A stretch of 63,179 bases of DNA, the filler included, from Octopus bimaculoides (Eukaryota), in assembly GCF_001194135.2 (NCBI RefSeq). It is 10 parts of 8 records of this genome, joined end to end, with 100 filler letters (N's around TTAATTAATTAA, not from the genome) between each part and the next. Parts side by side here need not be neighbours in the genome. Positions count along the whole stretch, not along the records: positions 19,511 to 25,376 come from NC_068987.1; positions 25,477 to 41,516 come from NC_068989.1; 8 more parts are not named here. One strand, 5' to 3'. This document shows, in pieces, positions 22,810 through 35,417 of the stretch. Below the pieces are notes generated by a model. That model was given only the letters and a program-made list of their open reading frames with translations. It had not been told where the DNA came from and did not search any database. The stretch's first letter is position 1. Every line of letters starts with the position of its first letter. Both the position numbers and the translations under genes were made by a program.

Positions 22810-25376
22810 AATCATTGAGGAGGGGTGAGAAAGCTCGCGGTGCATTCAATTTGGTTTCGCTAGTGAATTGAGATCGTTTAGGAAGCGACCTTGCTTCCAG
22901 TTCGATCCCAGGCCACGCACATTTATGCTGCCAAGCTTGAACGGACATGATGTATAGTTCGCTTCCTAAACATCTCAATCCACCAACGAAAAAAATTGAA
23001 TGGACCGCGAGCTTTCTCGACCCCCCCCCCCCTCAATAGCACCGAGAGATACAACTCCCCATGCGAGCCCGGTGGACGGGGTGTATTGCGTGGACCAGGA
23101 GGGCAGACTGGTCATCCTTCACGTGACGCATAGCAGCGGCTGTACCTTCAGACTGGTAGGTGTCTATGCATCATGTACAACCGGACAGTCTGCCTATTTC
23201 AAACGCCTAGAGCATTTACTGTGAACGTAACATACTTTAGTCGTAATAGGTGACTTTAACACTATCTTAGATGCGCGTGTAGATTGTGTTGGCTCAAATT
23301 CCAAATAGAAAGAGGAACCCTCGCCTCTCATATCTGCTCAGCCGCATCCAGCTGGCTGACAAATATAGAATGGATTACCGGAACGCTCCAGCGTGAACAT
23401 GGGATAATAGTGACAGGTCTTCCAGTTCTTACTTAGATACGGTATTCATTAGAGTAGCTGATAAAAATAGTATTAGCTGTCCACAATTTAGTATTGTCAC
23501 CTATACGGATCACAAATTCGTGACCTGTAGGCTCGCCGCAGATACCTTTCCTAGACAGGACCCTGGTTACTGGAAACTAAACAAATCGCTCCTAGCATGT
23601 AACGCATACAATAACCGGATTAGCGAGTTAGTTAAAAGGGCGTCAACAGACACCATCTTAAATAACAACTCGTGGTACGCCCTCAAAAGTTCCATAGAAT
23701 TTGAGTCAGTTAGGTTTACCATAGAATTAGTAGTTGAGAAAAATTGAGTTGAAAGGGAATTAGGTCTCTAGAAGAGGCAATGAAGGCAGGCCGTGCATCC
23801 AACGTCCTGGCAGCAAGGTTGGCTCTCCACCAACACCTCTATACCAAACACGATGGATGCATCGTAAGAGCTAAGATACGCGCTATGGGACGAGGGGGAA
23901 TCAATGACGCCCCATGAGCCCATGTGGTAAAGACTCAATGTGGCAATGATGCCACCATATTGTCTTTGGTCAACCAACAGGGGCGATTAATAAACGAACT
24001 TAATGGAATGTGTAAGATCTTTCACCAGCCTTTCACTCAGCTTTTCGGGACGACTGGCGAGACAGGACGCAGATAGACTTCACAGACTTCCTCGCCGGCT
24101 TGCTGCAACTCACGGGTAGGAAGCGGAGTACTGTGAAGGGCCGATCACAACTGCGGCGGTGGAAGAAGCCCTATCAGGCTGAGTCAGGGATAAGTCGCCG
24201 GGCCTCGATGGTCTACCCTACGAATTTTATTACGACATGCCAAACGTCTTTGGACCTAAGTGGCAGCAAAATGGGAGCATTCCCAATTCTGTAAGCCGAG
24301 GACTCATGGTGCTGCTAAGATTGAATCCAAACCAGGGGGACTCCTACGATAATTTCAGACCGATCACTCACTTCATACGCTTCACCAAGGAGAGGGTGTC
24401 TAGGATTCTTGGCTCAGGAGGTGCCTTATACTGATCCATTTATCATTCTAAGGCTTTCTAGCGGCTATTCCCGAGGCGGCCGGGTTTGGCCCGGACTAGC
24501 AAGGATGGCTCACCACTCTTTACAGCAACATTCAGTCGGTCGTTCGGGTGAACGGATTTCGGTTGGAGTAGTTCTCCATTGTGCGTTCGGTTCGCTAAGG
24601 ATGTCCTCTTTCCTCTCTTCAGTATGTCCTGGGCCTTGAACCACTATTGCAGAAAATAGATACTCTAAAAGGCATCCCGTGTGATCTAGGCTGCGGACGA
24701 CATCACTGTCATCGTATCCAGGGACAATCACCTGCAACAAGTAGGTGGTACCATAAAAGATTATGAAGTGGTGACAGGAGCAAAAATAAACCAGAACAAA
24801 TCAGTTGGCCTACTACTCAGCACCTGGAGAAGCAGACCGATGCCGCCCAACCTCGTGGGACAATGGACGGACGGACCGGTGAAATTCCTAGGGATCTGGT
24901 TTGGACCAGATCTCCAGATAGAGAGAAACTGGGGTGAGGTATGAGCAGGGTGTCCAATCTCACCCAGAAATGGGCTGAGAGGAAGCTGTCTCTGAAAGGG
25001 AGGGTAGAGTTGGCAATTTTGTTTATTGCATCTGTCGTCACTTACCGCCTAACCGTCGTGACTTGCCCTGATTCATGGCTGCACAAGATGGAACATCTGC
25101 TCTTCTGCTTTTTGTGGAGGGCAGAAAACCACTGGTCAAACGCTCTATCTGCTATGAACTTCCACTAAATGGGGATCTAGAGCTGCCTTGGCTAAAAATG
25201 CGCAGGCATGCACCTGAGGCCCAGACACCCTTGGCTCTACCTAGATAGTGTGCAGGTGTGGTCACCATTCACTCAATTTGTTTTTCAATACCTCACTTCC
25301 TCTGGTGAGATGAACCCGTGGATCAGGCGTAGACCTAGGTTGGGTGCTTGGCAAGCGAAGTAGCGAAGTGCCATCA
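22810..25376 (+). mobile_element. Tx1/L1-like LINE ORF2 (APE plus RT), decayed, with an inverted 5' segment (22810-22980); runs into a gap
   Basis: APE FRLVGVYAS, TYTDH, PGYWKLNKSLL; RT GLDGLPYEFY, DNFRPIT, ADDITV (~24695), TGAKINQNKS, KFLGIWFG, RKLSLKGRV; inverted MSVQ/LGSINVRGL on the minus strand. Confidence 0.9.
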
Positions 25377-25496
25377 NNNNNNNNNNNNNNNNNNNNNNNN
25401 NNNNNNNNNNNNNNNNNNNNTTAATTAATTAANNNNNNNNNNNNNNNNNNNNNNNNNNNNNNNNNNNNNNNNNNNNGGTGACCTCTTCAGTTGTTA

Positions 25497-26035
25497 TAGG
25501 GGCCCAGAGTTGCTCAGGTGCTAAGTTCGTTGTTTTAATGGTCCTTTTCTGGGGTTGTTGCTTCACCGACCATATTTGTTTCCAGAATTTTTCCAGTTCT
25601 TCTGCTGTTGGTGCTGCAGTAATGTCTATTTTATATTTACCCAGTTCTTGGTAGAGTTTTTGGGGGTTGGATTTGAACTGCTTGTTTTGTTCAAAGAAAC
25701 GTTGGCGTTTCTCATACCGGCGGATCCTTTGTGCTTTGGCAAGAATTGTTTTGCTTTAGTTTTTCCTTTGCCTCAGGTAAGTCTTTTTCTGTAATGCTGT
25801 ATTTGTACAGTATTTTTGTTTTCTTCTTGTTACTTAGTTGTGTTGATTGTTTACTAATTTCGTTGAGAATCGATAAATCTTTTCTCTTTTTTTAAATTTT
25901 GTTTTAGATGTTATTTATCCACAAGGTCTGTTTGGGTGGTAGAACTCCTGTTCGGATGGGTTTGAGTGAGTATCCTGTTTCTTTTGTGGCTGCAGTGGCT
26001 GCCGCATATATTATGTCATTTAGCTCAGTGATATT
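25497..26035 (-). mobile_element. R4/Dong-clade N-terminal fragment
   Basis: LNDIIYAAATAAT...ILAKAQRIRRYEKRQRFFEQNKQFKSNPQKLYQEL...ELEKFWKQIW; (TAA)n immediately 5'. Confidence 0.8.
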
Positions 26036-26044
26036 GCCTGTTGC

Positions 26045-26072
26045 TTTATTATTATTCTTCTTATTATTATTA

Positions 26073-26140
<68 letters not shown>
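26045..26140. repeat. (TTA)n microsatellite
   Basis: Direct. Confidence 0.95.
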
Positions 26141-26589
26141 TCAAGCACGTACACAACCAAATGGATATATACGCGCGTTCATGATTCAGTCATCATTCCG
26201 TTGACATCCACGCCTTTCAGATTCTTCATCCATGTCATTTTTATAATTTGGGGAGTACTCTTCTTGTGTATATATGTCTCTATGTCTCTGACACAGATCC
26301 TATATATTATCTACCATGTTGACTGAACTTGACGATAGATCTTCCAGCATCTAGCCCACTACCGAATGCAAATAACTACATGCAATTAGTTGGTAATTTT
26401 CTTTCATCGTAATAAATTTCAAATTATTTTGGTGATCGAAATATTTGAACGTATGAATTCAACTTACAGGTCAAATGTGATCAGTTAAAATTCCATTTCT
26501 AAATTGATATATTTTAATTCTTGTAATATATCTTTAATTAACTGCGCTTACATCTAAACCAGACAGGAATTTGAAACGATTACAAAATC

Positions 26590-26756
26590 ATTATTATTAT
26601 TATTGCTGTTGTTGTTATTATTATTATTGTTGTTCCTGTTGTTGTTGTTGTTCTTCTTCTTCTTCTTCTTCTTGTCTTCTTGTTCTTCTTGTTCTTCTTG
26701 TTGTTGTTGTTGTTGGTGTTCTTCTTCTTCTTCTTCTTCTTCTTCTTATTCTTCTG

Positions 26757-26826
<70 letters not shown>
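26590..26826. repeat. Compound trinucleotide microsatellite TTA/TTG/TTC/TTA
   Basis: Direct. Confidence 0.95.
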
Positions 26827-26828
<2 letters not shown>

Positions 26829-27708
26829 TTTTGTTTGACCAGTACGTTCGCGACTTAAAAACTATTCAATTATTACTAATTTGTTTTATTGCAATTACAG
26901 GCTAAAATCTTACTCGCATCATTATTTTCAATTTCCTAAAATTCTTTCCAATACCAAAATAAATCTTCAATCTATTAAATCTGTAATTATTAGAATTCGA
27001 CCTCATTACTATCATTAGTGAACATATTCAATATAAATCAATNNNNNNNNNNNNNNNNNNNNNNNNNNNNNNNNNNNNNNNNNNNNNNNNNNNNNNNNNN
27101 NNNNNNNNNNNNNNNNNNNNNNNNNNNNNNNNNNNNNNNNNNNNNNNNNNNNNNNNNNNNNNNNNNNNNNNNNNNNNNNNNNNNNNNNNNNNNNNNNNNN
27201 NNNNNNNNNNNNNNNNNNNNNNNNNNNNNNNNNNNNNNNNNNNNNNNNNNNNNNNNNNNNNNNNNNNNNNNNNNNNNNNNNNNNNNNNNNNNNNNNNNNN
27301 NNNNNNNNNNNNNNNNNNNNNNNNNNNNNNNNNNNNNNNNNNNNNNNNNNNNNNNNNNNNNNNNNNNNNNNNNNNNNNNNNNNNNNNNNNNNNNNNTACA
27401 TATATATATCTGCATATATGTTTATACATATATATGTATATACATGTATATGTGCCTCTGTGTATGTGTATGACACGTAAACATACACACTCGCATATAC
27501 ACACATACACACACGCATATAAATTATGTATAAAACGCATCTCAGATTTGAAAATAACTATGAATTATAAATTATTTTAGTACATTAATAAAATATTTCG
27601 CAGCAGCTATTGCTCTCGGAGATTGTGTCAAACGAAACTCAATGCGCGGACTCATTAAGCCATTGCCCTCAATATCAAAAGTATATTATAATTATATACT
27701 TGCACATA

Positions 27709-27712
<4 letters not shown>

Positions 27713-27786
<74 letters not shown>

Positions 27787-27816
27787 CTATCTATATATAT
27801 ATATATATATATATAT
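27713..27816. repeat. (TC)n-(TATC)n-(TA)n microsatellite
   Basis: Direct. Confidence 0.9.
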
Positions 27817-29391
27817 TTCGCATCAGTAAAGGAAATTATCCCAAATGTAATCGTTTCGTTTAGGTATGGAGTATCATAACATTATATCGCATATCCTTAT
27901 TCCATAAAATTCCAAACGAAATCCGACTGAGCTGCGTCAGATGTTATATGACAGATATTCTTTCAACGAAATCTCAATTAGGGAAACGAACACAAAAAGT
28001 TGTCTCTGTTACACTAGGAAAATATGTTGCACCGTCAATTGTTGCGAAATCGGATTTCATCGTCATAAGTGACTTTATACCGGAAATATTAGCATTAGAC
28101 CGAAGATAACAGAGTTTCTCACTCTGTTTCTGATTCTCTCTAACGGTGAGGAATGTTTATCACAGCTATTAGAACTGTGTTTTAAAATATGCATTTAAAA
28201 TAATCACTAGAAAATAAGAATATTCCCACGATAGTTCTCTTGTACTTCTCTACTTTATTGTAGAGGAAGGCTACATCAATTTTAGTGAGTAATATACTGA
28301 AGTTATTTTGAACTTCAGTATATTAACTGCTACCATATCAATCATATCAAATATTTTATTATTTCATTTAATTATTATTCTTCCATAATAAAAGGCATTT
28401 TCTAATTCATNNNNNNNNNNATGTGTGTATGTGAATGCTAATTAATATTTTCAAACAATACAATATAAAAGTCAGCAGAATGAAATATTGGATAAAAATC
28501 TTTATCATTCTATTTAGAGTTGTCCAGATATTAAATATACAATCCGGAAATAAAGCTTTCCATCATTATGACGGTTAATACAATAATAAATTGGGAACAA
28601 TTGAATATATTTTGTTATAAACAATGCTTGGAGGATATTATATATTATCTTTAGAGAATGAAAGTATACACTAATATTTCTGAAGCATAAATTTATATCC
28701 TAAATAATTAGAATTGTATGAATTATTTCATAACATCATATCCACTATTATGGCTTTATATATGTGATAGTTATGTACAACATAAAATTAAGTTATCATC
28801 AGACACAATAGCAACAAGAACTTTATAATATATATATNNNNNNNNNNNNNNNNNNNNNNNNNNNNNNNNNNNNNNNNNNNNNNNNNNNNNNNNNNNNNNN
28901 NNNNNNNNNNNNNNNNNNNNNNNNNNNNNNNNNNNNNNNNNNNNNNNNNNNNNNNNNNNNNNNNNNNNNNNNNNNNNNNNNNNNNNNNNNNNNNNNNNNN
29001 NNNNNNNNNNNNNNNNNNNNNNNNNNNNNNNNNNNNNNNNNNNNNNNNNNNNNNNNNNNNNNNNNNNNNNNNNNNNNNNNNNNNNNNNNNNNNNNNNNNN
29101 NNNNNNNNNNNNNNNNNNNNNNNNNNNNNNNNNNNNNNNNNNNNNNNNNNNNNNNNNNNNNNNNNNNNNNNNNNNNNNNNNNNNNNNNNNNNNNNNNNNN
29201 NNNNNNNNNNNNNNNNNNNNNNNNNNNNNNNNNNNNNNNNNNNNNNNNNNNNNNNNNNNNNNNNNNNNNNNNNNNNNNNNNNNNNNNNNNNNNNNNNNNN
29301 NNNNNNNNNNNNNNNNNNNNNNNNNNNNNNNNNNNNNNNNNNNNNNNNNNNNNNNNNNNNNNNNNNNNNNNNNNNNNNNNNNNNNNNNNNN

Positions 29392-29423
<32 letters not shown>

Positions 29424-30219
29424 TGTGTGTATATATGTATGTAGGTATGTATTGATGCTTCTATCTTACTATGCACATATAGTTATATATGAGTATAAAG
29501 ATACACATGCATGTAAATATATGTATGTTCATATGGGTGTGTGTCTGTTTAGCATGATTGTTACTATAAACTCATTAATTATGATATCATATTGCATGAT
29601 ATAAAAACTACCCATTGACCAATATAAGTAAGTTATTACCATATTTCAAATTGTCATATTTGGACGTCCGTTTCTGTCGTAATTAGGTAACAAAATTATG
29701 TTGATTACATTACTGTTGTTACTGCTTTAGTAAGTTGTACTGTTGGGTTCTGTAACATTCGCTATGAAGATAGCTCCTATCACACATCGTCTCATACTTT
29801 TATTAGCGATATGCGTAGGGGATGTGGAGAAAACATAACTATACGAAACGTTTAGCCCAGTACAAGAAACGTCTTCATCGAACTTATTAATTAGTGATTT
29901 ATGATACCGATTATATAATTTTCGGAAAAATCTGTTTTACACTGAATCACAATAGAAAGATTATTGAAAACCTCATATACGCTAGACTTGACTCAACTAC
30001 TATATTAACTGAAAATTTATTGCTTTAAAAAAATTATAATGCTGTGATAATCACATTACTAATCGCGGTTACATACAGGATTATTTGCTAGCTATAAAAA
30101 CCAATATCGACACACATACACACGCACTCACACATGATAATTTTATGTAATTATGGTAAATAAAGCCGTTAGTGTTATTTTCATTCTGTTTTATACAAAT
30201 CTACATTTTATTTCAATTA

Positions 30220-31765
30220 ATATGAAAGATCGCGGTGAGTGTAATATATCCATGTTACTTATATGCAAATATATTCTGTAGAGAAAAAAAGTACTAAGGT
30301 AAAAACCGGCGAAAAGAACAAAAAGAAGATTAACGAATGAAATCGATTTTGACTCCAAAGATTATACTTATTTCAAAAGAAAACTGTATTTACGTTAGGC
30401 TTTTCTGATAGATCTACACTAGAGGAATCCAATGATGCCAATTATATCAAAAACGTTTTAAAATAGACAACTACTGAGCTGACATCTACCGAAAAATTGG
30501 TAACGCCTTAAATCAAATTAAAAACTTAAAACTTGTTTGTTTTGTTTTACCCCATATGATAGAATTCATCAAGACGTGTGTCGTGCTAATACACACACGC
30601 TAGAGTGTGAATAATATTCTGAAGGTCAACATTTACTCACGACCACTTTTAGGCTTTGTCACTTACTCAGATTTTAACCACATTAGATGATGTTTACATT
30701 ATTAGATTGGTCACATCATAAGCATCATTTCGAGCAAACAAATTTGAAAATTGGTTCTGTATAAACATTTTTTAGTTAAATATGTGAAGTCACAAGCGGG
30801 AAAATTACGCCAGAAATAGAGTTTGCGTACAAATATTTGTTGAAAATAAATCTATATTTTATTGAAGATGATATGATAGATCTCCAGGTCAGGAATCCAT
30901 TAATGTTAGTTATATGCAAAAATGGTCAGGATAAAAAGGACTGAGGTACAATCCGGCGAAGAAAAAGCAGATTAACGCCTGAAATCGACTTTGGCTCCAA
31001 ATATTCTTCTTCTTTCAAAAAGAAATTATATATAAATTTAACTTGTATGATAGATCCGCACTACAGAAATACCATGATGCTAATTATATATAAAAAAATT
31101 ATATAAAGAACTACTGCAGCCAAATGTGCTGAAAGCAAAACCAAAATGTTTTGTCTTTGTGTACAAATGTTTGCTTTATATTGCTCATATGAGACAACTT
31201 GTCAACACGAATCTCGTGGTGCTAATCATTTCAAAAAGATATTAAAAATTTAAAAAAAGTTAATATAAAGGCTAAACGTGCCAAAAGTACGTGAAACAAT
31301 TTTCAAGTAATATTATTACTTATTACAGTACTAAGACAACGAGATGGTGGAGTCCTAAACATGCATAGTGAAAGCTTCTAAGCATTTCGTCTGTTTCTAC
31401 ATTCGGAGTTCAAATTCCTCTAAGGTTGTCTTTACATTTTATCTTTTCGGCACTCGATAAAATGAATACGGATTTGATGGCCTTCTTCCAAAATTGGAAA
31501 CCAATTTTGCAAAATATTTTATTCAGTTCAGTATTTAGGTATCTTGAATAAATCTATCTCATATTCATAGAAGGTCAATATTTACTTACTCGCGACCGCT
31601 TCTAAGCTTTGTCACTAATTCAGTTTTTTTACTAAATTTGATGATGTTTACACATTTTTAGATTGGTCACCACCTAAGTTATATTTCAACTACAAAATTT
31701 TAGATACAAAATTTGAGATTTCATATATGTATGATCACATAGGGGAGAATAACGCCTGAAATCTA
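30220..31765 (+). repeat. Degenerate tandem array with a ~650-bp unit (2 units plus a partial third)
   Basis: gtactaaggtaaaaaccggcgaa (30291) / ggactgaggtacaatccggcgaa (30938); gaaggtcaacatttactcacgacc (~30621) / gaaggtcaatatttacttactcgcgacc (~31570). Confidence 0.7.
31333..31470 (+). mobile_element. SINE family A, degenerate 5' part, inserted in tandem unit 2
   Basis: gcatttcgtctgtttctacattcggagttcaaattcc. Confidence 0.65.
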
Positions 31766-31809
31766 TTTCAGGGATATACACGCGACACTGCATACATACA
31801 TTCGTAAAT

Positions 31810-31867
<58 letters not shown>

Positions 31868-33179
31868 ATGCACATACATATAAGTAACTTTTATAACTCC
31901 TATGAAGGGAAACAATGATGAGTGTGAAGAATACGTAGCTTTAAAGTGAGATGGGTAAGTTGACATCCATTGATGACAAGTTGACTCTTTTCTGCTGTCC
32001 ATCGGAAGTAAACACTCACTCACAGCCACACACATTCATACACACACACACACGCACACACACGCACGCACACACACACACACATACACACACACACACA
32101 CACATACACACACATTATCACATAATTTTTGCAGAAAAATGTTACTGAGTTTTAAAGCTTAATCATTTTCACATAATCAGAAAACAGGATTTAGAAGCAG
32201 GTATTTTCTGAATGGTAGCTGATTATCACAAAATGAAAGCAAAATTATTATACGAGGAAGAATGTTTATTAAACAAACGAAAACAAAGCATTACGACGAC
32301 AATAGTTGTATGAAATTCTGAAGTTTTACTAAGTGTTTGCTTGTTTTTGAATTTTAATTCATTATTAAGTGTAGCAGAATTCAGATCATTATTTCTTAGG
32401 GTAAATGGACAAGGGTTTTGCTTTCAGATAGTATGTTCGGATTTTCATAGTAGTAGGATTCAGATTTCAGATTTTCAGGCAAGTTGACAAGAATAGTAGC
32501 TAAATTGCAGCCTTTATTTTTATTTTGCATGAATTTCTAATCACATACTAGCTTTGCCTTAACAAAGGCAGATGGCACTTCCTGCCTCACGGTGGATACT
32601 TCAGCTATTTTTGCATTAAAAAAATGTTATATTAGTCTTCATTTGACTGTACATATGATCAGATTCTGTACTTACTATATATTTGATATATTCTCATAAC
32701 CCTTCTTGCTAGCTCTCCTTATTACACATAGATGCATGTAGTTCATTTATTGATTCATTAATGAAATTAATATTACATTAATATTCACTATTATATAGAA
32801 AATTATTTTTCATTATGAACTTTCGCACTTTCTTTGATGGCGCGTTCCTATTATGCATTTTGTTTCAATATAAAAATGTTATATACATCGAAGATATTGG
32901 ATCTAATATTTTTTACAATTAAATAATTTTTACATTTACATTTTTTATGATGCTAAAAATAAGTACTAATTTTAAAAGAAATAAATATACAGGTACGTTT
33001 CATTTCATTCAAATATTTTAAACAAAAGAATATTTCTCACTTTTATTGCATTACCTTGAAAAATGGGGATTATAATGAAAAATGTGGGCGCATGATCGTT
33101 AATATTCTTAAGTCAGTACACCTGGAAAACAACGGAACACGATTTCTACATTAGAATTAGCCGAATTCGTCATCTCTAA

Positions 33180-34017
33180 AGGAAACTAAAAAGTACTTAA
33201 AATTAAAATTCTACTGTACTTTAAATATTGCAGCCGAGAATAGCATTTTAAAAATCAAAATACAATATATTAGGTAAAGTAGAGATAATTCATTTTATTA
33301 TGAGTATATAGAAAAACAAGTAAATCTTTAAAAACATGGCACCAAATAATCAGAAATAAATTGAAATAATGTTTTGAAAACCCTGTTGTGTGAACTATAC
33401 AATTAGAATAGCTATTGAATTTCAAGTACGAACAATAAAATCTGAAGTTGAAAATAATATTGTACAAGATTTCTTTTTTCACTTGAATTGAAATCGCATT
33501 ACAAAAAAAGAAAACATTGCAGTAGAATGGTCACTAAAGTTTCACATGAATCATATGCTCTGTCAATTCTTCCACACGAAAAACAAATCTGACACATAAA
33601 TCATAAATAAAATCTATTAGTCAGCGTTAATATAGTACAATTATCCTAATTCATCTCTGATTCGTTATTTCACACAATTTGTCAGTTTCAATTTTCTCCT
33701 AGGGAAGACTAATAAGGCGAATTCTAATGTATAATTCTTAATATAATTTAATCTTATTTCATTGTTACAATACGCCATTTTCCAAAACTAAGGCCATGGG
33801 CTTAAATACGAACTGAAATAATTTTCCTTAAATAATTTCTGTTTTGAAAATAATAAAAGTTACACGTGCTATACATGAAAACATCTTAAGCCCATAGGCT
33901 TAAAATCGGATGAGCTTATTTTTGGAAAAAAATATAGTATGTTTTAAAAATATTTGTTCCCGGCTGCAACATTTTAAGTACAGTAGAATTTTAATTTTAA
34001 GTACCTTTTAGGATTCT
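33180..34017. mobile_element. Non-autonomous DNA transposon with ~75-bp TIRs, Kolobok-like
   Basis: Left aggaaactaaaaagtacttaaaattaaaattctactgtactttaaatattgcagccg; right cggctgcaacattttaagtacagtagaattttaattttaagtaccttttaggattct; flanks ctaa / ttaa; purine-purine ends. Confidence 0.7.
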
Positions 34018-34439
34018 TTAAAGGTGAGGACAAAAATTACGACTATAACATTGATTCCGTTATATCCTAGCATCAACTGAAGAAAGAATTTCTATACTCC
34101 GAAATATTAGACCATGAATAATTACATCATTTCTTACAGCTATTATGAAAAATTACCCCAATGTAATCGGTAGAACTGTATGCAAGTCGTATTTCATGAA
34201 GACAATTCGTGTATAGTTCTGCATATTATATTGATTCTAGAACGGTGATGCTGATAAGAACATGGATGTTGTTACGTAAGTAAAACATTAATGTTCGAAA
34301 CGGCAGTACATAACTAATTCTTTATTCTGTATATTTTTCAATTTGTCCTGTTCTGGTGTTTTACGAAATTTTTCTGAAGAACATTATTTTTCTGAAGAAC
34401 ATTATTTTTCTTTGTGGTTGGGTCGTTGATGACCTCTTT

Positions 34440-34560
34440 CTAGCATATTGGATGTCAACCTAGTGGTCATCATCTGAAAAGAACAAGCTTTTGTATCAGC
34501 TGAAATGCTGGTCTGGTCATACACCCAGCAGGGTGGCATACTTCGAAATCTAAACCGATG
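34440..34560 (+). mobile_element. SINE 3' fragment related to 16021-16155
   Basis: cccagcagggtggcatacttcgaaatctaaacc. Confidence 0.4.
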
Positions 34561-35137
34561 CAAAGTGTACTATAACAAGTTATGTATAACAATATTATAT
34601 TATTATATAGTCTGGTTGACCACGTGATGTATATTTATATATATATATANNNNNNNNNNNNNNNNNNNNNNNNNNNNNNNNNNNNNNNNNNNNNNNNNNN
34701 NNNNNNNNNNNNNNNNNNNNNNNNNNNNNNNNNNNNNNNNNNNNNNNNNNNNNNNNNNNNNNNNNNNNNNNNNNNNNNNNNNNNNNNNNNNNNNNNNNNN
34801 NNNNNNNNNNNNNNNNNNNNNNNNNNNNNNNNNNNNNNNNNNNNNNNNNNNNNNNNNNNNNNNNNNNNNNNNNNNNNNNNNNNNNNNNNNNNNNNNNNTG
34901 AAACTCGAGTCGCCTTTATATATTTATATTTATATATTTATATATTTGATCCTTTATATTGAACACTCAATATTTCATCTACATTCAATACTTTCTTTCA
35001 TGGTGCCATCCATTCTTATTTTATTTCTTTTTATATTATATACTGTATATTCCATATTCTATACCCCACATTGGTTTTGCAGGAATATAAATAAAACATA
35101 AAAAACAGACAGTGTTGGAACTCTTTTAAACAAAATA

Positions 35138-35170
<33 letters not shown>

Positions 35171-35417
35171 CATATCCGAGGGCGTACTGCAGATTTCGTG
35201 GCTTTAACGATATGGCGAAAGGATTAGATGGAGGTCCAGCCTTCTGAGTACTTTAACAAAGGTTAGAAATATTGAAAGACCGCTGCAATATATGCGTGAA
35301 TCTGAGAGTCAAATATGTTTTATATATATTTATAATAAGCTAATCCACTTGTATTTATTTTTACCCCCACCCAGGAACCTTTCTGCACTCTCTCGTGTAT
35401 GTGAATATATCTATATA

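Noticed and set aside
34373-34408. 18-bp tandem duplication (similar short duplications at ~51123-51157 and ~61848-61877)
   Set aside because: Ordinary slippage duplications.
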